Shown one piece after another: positions 61,262-64,000 of a DNA stretch of 64,000 nt. The DNA is from an uncultured Candidatus Binatia bacterium (GTDB taxonomy: Bacteria > Desulfobacterota > Binatia > UBA9968 > JAJDTQ01). The stretch is from positions 832,001 through 896,000 of the forward strand of contig OZ219754.1 in assembly GCA_964291295.2 (NCBI GenBank). Direction: 5' to 3'. Position 1 is the first letter of the stretch; each line of letters opens with the position of its first letter. The notes beneath the pieces are model-generated. The model was given only the letters and a program-made list of their open reading frames with translations, had not been told where the DNA came from and made no database searches. The translations under genes were made by a program, and so were the position numbers.

Positions 61262-62494
61262 TCACGACCACAGGCACGACAGCGGTGCCGCTGTCAGCCT
61301 GTCTCCGAACGGCACGCAATCGGCACTGTCGTAGAGAACGACGCCATGGGCGAAACGCTCCCCGTACGCTTCGGCCAGGGTTCGAAGCCCTGCGAGATCG
61401 CCGGACCGCACCGTCGCGGCAGCCTTGACCTTGATCCCTGCGATCCTGCCGTCGTCGCGTTCCAGCACAAGGTCCACCTCATGCGCCTGTGGGTCGCGGA
61501 AATGGCAGGGTGTCAACTGCATGTCCGACGCCGTCATCAGTTTCATGATCTCCGAAAATACGAAGCTCTCGAGGAGGGCACCGAATTTCCCTCGGTCCGC
61601 CTTGACCCTGGCGAAAGTCAATCCGTGCGCCGCGGCAAGCAGGCCGCTGTCGAGGAATTGCAGTTTGGGCGTCTTCGCAATCCGCTTCAGCGCATTCGTA
61701 TACCAGGGTTGCAATGTGGCGACGAGAAAGACCTGTTCCAGCAGGCCGACATAGCGCTGTGCCGTTTTGTGGCTGACGCCGATGCCGGCACCGAACCGCG
61801 AGTAATTGGCCAGCTGCCCGGAATGCTCCGCCAGGAGGCGGACGAATTTCGGCAACTCGGTCAGCCTCTCGATTTCTGCGATGTCTCTCAGGTCGCGCGT
61901 GAGGATCGACGTCAGCCAGGAGCGCGCCCAGGCCTGCCGGCGTCGTTCGCTTTCGCGGGCCAGTGCCTCCGGGAAACTCCCTGCCAATACGATCCGGACA
62001 AGCTCTTCGCCGAAGGTCGCCCCTGATGCGCTCCCGATATTTCCCTCGAACTTTCCTGCGAACAGCCGTTTCAGGAAGGTCGGCGTCCTGCCCTCGATTT
62101 CCGCACGGGCCAACGGAAGCATCCGGAGGGTCTCGATCCGACCCGCCAGACTGTCGGCGACCCGCGGCAGGGTCATGACATTCGCGGAGCCGGTCAGCAG
62201 AAACCGGCCGGGTCGGTAGTCTTCGTCCACCGCCTTCTTGATCGCCAGAAGCAACTCGGGCGCGCGCTGGACTTCGTCAACGGTTGCCCGATCCAGACCG
62301 CGGATGAAGCCGGCGGGGTCGGATTGCGCGGCGGCGAGCGTCGTTTGGTCGTCAAGCGTGATGTAGGCCCGGTCCGTTTCCCCGATCCTCCGGACAAGTG
62401 TGGTCTTGCCCGCCCGGCGCGGCCCCACGATCAGGACGACGGGAGTGTCCGAGAGGGCTTCTTTCGCCCGATCCTTCAGGAAGCGCTCGTACAT
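61262..62494 (-). CDS. AAA+ ATPase with DUF4143 domain
   Basis: GPRRAGKTT, DEVQR, LTGSAN, SLAGR, KTPKL.FLDSGL, EVDLV. Confidence 0.9.
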   Translation of the reverse strand: MYERFLKDRAKEALSDTPVVLIVGPRRAGKTTLVRRIGETDRAYITLDDQTTLAAAQSDPAGFIRGLDRATVDEVQRAPELLLAIKKAVDEDYRPGRFLLTGSANVMTLPRVADSLAGRIETLRMLPLARAEIEGRTPTFLKRLFAGKFEGNIGSASGATFGEELVRIVLAGSFPEALARESERRRQAWARSWLTSILTRDLRDIAEIERLTELPKFVRLLAEHSGQLANYSRFGAGIGVSHKTAQRYVGLLEQVFLVATLQPWYTNALKRIAKTPKLQFLDSGLLAAAHGLTFARVKADRGKFGALLESFVFSEIMKLMTASDMQLTPCHFRDPQAHEVDLVLERDDGRIAGIKVKAAATVRSGDLAGLRTLAEAYGERFAHGVVLYDSADCVPFGDRLTAAPLSCLWS

Positions 62495-63001
62495 GTCTGC
62501 CTCTTTCCGATCTTCAAAGATTGGAACCGTAGAGCATGAGAATTGGGAATCAACGGACAGACAATTGGAAAGCGAACCGGATCACGTCTTCTCGCGGGCG
62601 GGCCGGGCGTCGATGTGACGTTCAATCAGTTCGGGCACAATCCGCCCGGCGTCTCCTGGGCGAGGCGTCTGGCCGGTTCGAGGGTGACCCGGCCTTGCGC
62701 CCGGCGGCGAGGCGACGGTGGGCGGCCTTGCGCCCGCCGTCGCCGGCGCGATGGTTGACGATGCGGGAGCGTACGACCGAAGGCTGGGTGCCGAAGCCGG
62801 TGAGGCGGTCATCCATGTCTCCCGGGCCAACCTTCAGTCCTTTGAAATACGCCAATTTCCATGGCCAATGGCCGTCACCCACTCACAGGCGTATGATGGC
62901 CCATTGAAACCTTCGGATACAGCCGCAGCGGACTCGGGGTTGTGCAGGCTCTGCTTCGCACGCCGTCATCGGGTGTACGCGGTCCGCGAAAGGACAGGAA
63001 C

Positions 63002-63658
63002 GTGACCGACCGGCACAGTCTCTCCGTGCTTCTGGACGGTGCCCGCGCCTTCCGGACGACCGAATACCGCGGCGCCGATTCCCTCATGGCCCGCCTGTCC
63101 ATGGGCCAGGAGCCGGATGTCCTGGTGATCGCGTGCAGCGACTCCCGGGTGGATCCGGCGCTGGTTCTCGGCGCCCGGCCCGGGGACCTTTTCGTGGTAC
63201 GCGTGGTGGCGAATCTGGTGCCGGCACGGCGCGCGGATGACACGATGGCCCACGGTGTGATGGCGGCGGTGGAATACGGGGTCAAGGTGCTCGGGGTCTC
63301 GCATCTGGTGGTGTGCGGCCATTCCCACTGCGGCGGAATCAAGGCCGCGACGGATGCGGCGCGGGGAAGGGAACTGCCGCCGTTCGAGTGCCTGGGGCCG
63401 TGGGTGGCGTTGGCCGACGCGTCGTGCCGGGAGGTGCTGGCGGAGAGCCCCGGGGCTGGCCGCCCGGATGAGGAAGTGGCGGCCGCGGCGGAGCAGCGGT
63501 CGGTGCTCAAGTCTCTTGCCAACCTGCGGTCATACGGGTGGATACAGGATCGGGTGGAAGGGGGCCGGCTCGCCCTGCACGGCTGGTGGTTCGATATCGA
63601 TACCGGCCATCTGTGGATCGCGGACACCGCGACGGGGCTCTTCCGGCCGCTGGATTGA
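63002..63658 (+). CDS. Beta-class carbonic anhydrase
   Basis: IACSDSRV, FVVRVVANLV, GHSHCGG, GWWFDI. Confidence 0.93.
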   Translation: MTDRHSLSVLLDGARAFRTTEYRGADSLMARLSMGQEPDVLVIACSDSRVDPALVLGARPGDLFVVRVVANLVPARRADDTMAHGVMAAVEYGVKVLGVSHLVVCGHSHCGGIKAATDAARGRELPPFECLGPWVALADASCREVLAESPGAGRPDEEVAAAAEQRSVLKSLANLRSYGWIQDRVEGGRLALHGWWFDIDTGHLWIADTATGLFRPLD

Positions 63659-63747
63659 CGGCGTCCGCATCGGGTCGTTCCAGCGGATGCGGCCGGCCGG
63701 ATGGAACCGGGGCCGCCGCCCGGGGCCGCTTCCCCGGTTGAGGCCGT

Positions 63748-64000
63748 TCAGTCTCCTCCTTGCCGCTCCCGTTCGTGAAGCCCGGCGTGTTGCCGGGGCG
63801 TCTCGGGCCGCGTGTCCCTGCCCTTCCCCCGGGTGAGCCGCAGCGTGCCGACGAACTTGACGTTGGCGCAGGCGTCGGCTCCGCCGGTGGCGCATCCTTC
63901 GTCGTCGGGGATGAGGAAGCGCAACGGCCCGCCCTTGTCCCGGGGCAGGGGGGCGCCGCCGACGCGGTAGGCGATGAGCGCGTGGCGAAGTGTCTCCAGA
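63748..64000 (-). CDS. Molybdopterin-dependent oxidoreductase-like protein, 3' part (enters from the right edge)
   Basis: LIAYRVGGAPLPRDKGGPLRFLIP...ACANVK, resembling the oxidored_molyb GGPLR motif. Confidence 0.6.
   Translation of the reverse strand, partial: LETLRHALIAYRVGGAPLPRDKGGPLRFLIPDDEGCATGGADACANVKFVGTLRLTRGKGRDTRPETPRQHAGLHERERQGGD

Noticed and set aside
62540-62940. Possible gene remnant between the AAA ATPase and carbonic anhydrase
   Set aside because: No recognisable motif in any frame

Overview
High-GC bacterial chromosome segment containing the replication origin (dnaA-dnaN with DnaA boxes on both sides of dnaA). Gene order and content (hemL-atpZ-atpI-atpB-atpE with a split ATP synthase, lpxA) suggest a Gram-negative deltaproteobacterium-like organism (inference). 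From left to right: (1) the edge of a defence-type island, with a type III restriction Res gene running off the window and a deleted TIGR04255 three-gene module; (2) a metal homeostasis cluster: DtxR/MntR regulator, bacterioferritin, decaying hmuUV, FutA, a fused double ABC transporter, TroA-type ABC, a Cox11-DUF4382-like fusion, SCO and VKOR-Trx; (3) housekeeping genes: Fo subunits, hemL, dnaA/N, moa genes, lpxA, gpmI, polA, proWV, eno; (4) a decayed integrase island at tRNA-Gly(CCC) that carries an RTX pseudogene and an intact TbpB-like surface lipoprotein with an in-frame C16 tract; (5) a Na+-pumping acyl-CoA decarboxylase operon with a long structured leader; (6) a Slam/type XI outer-membrane exporter; (7) an Rpn gene with an internal RBS-ATG, bracketed by two outward-facing IS630 ends; (8) assorted accessory genes. 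I also found two copies of a 99-bp IS5-type MITE and REP-like palindromes inside gene 3' ends. No CRISPR array or rRNA was seen. All family assignments come from motif recognition by eye; no searches were run.
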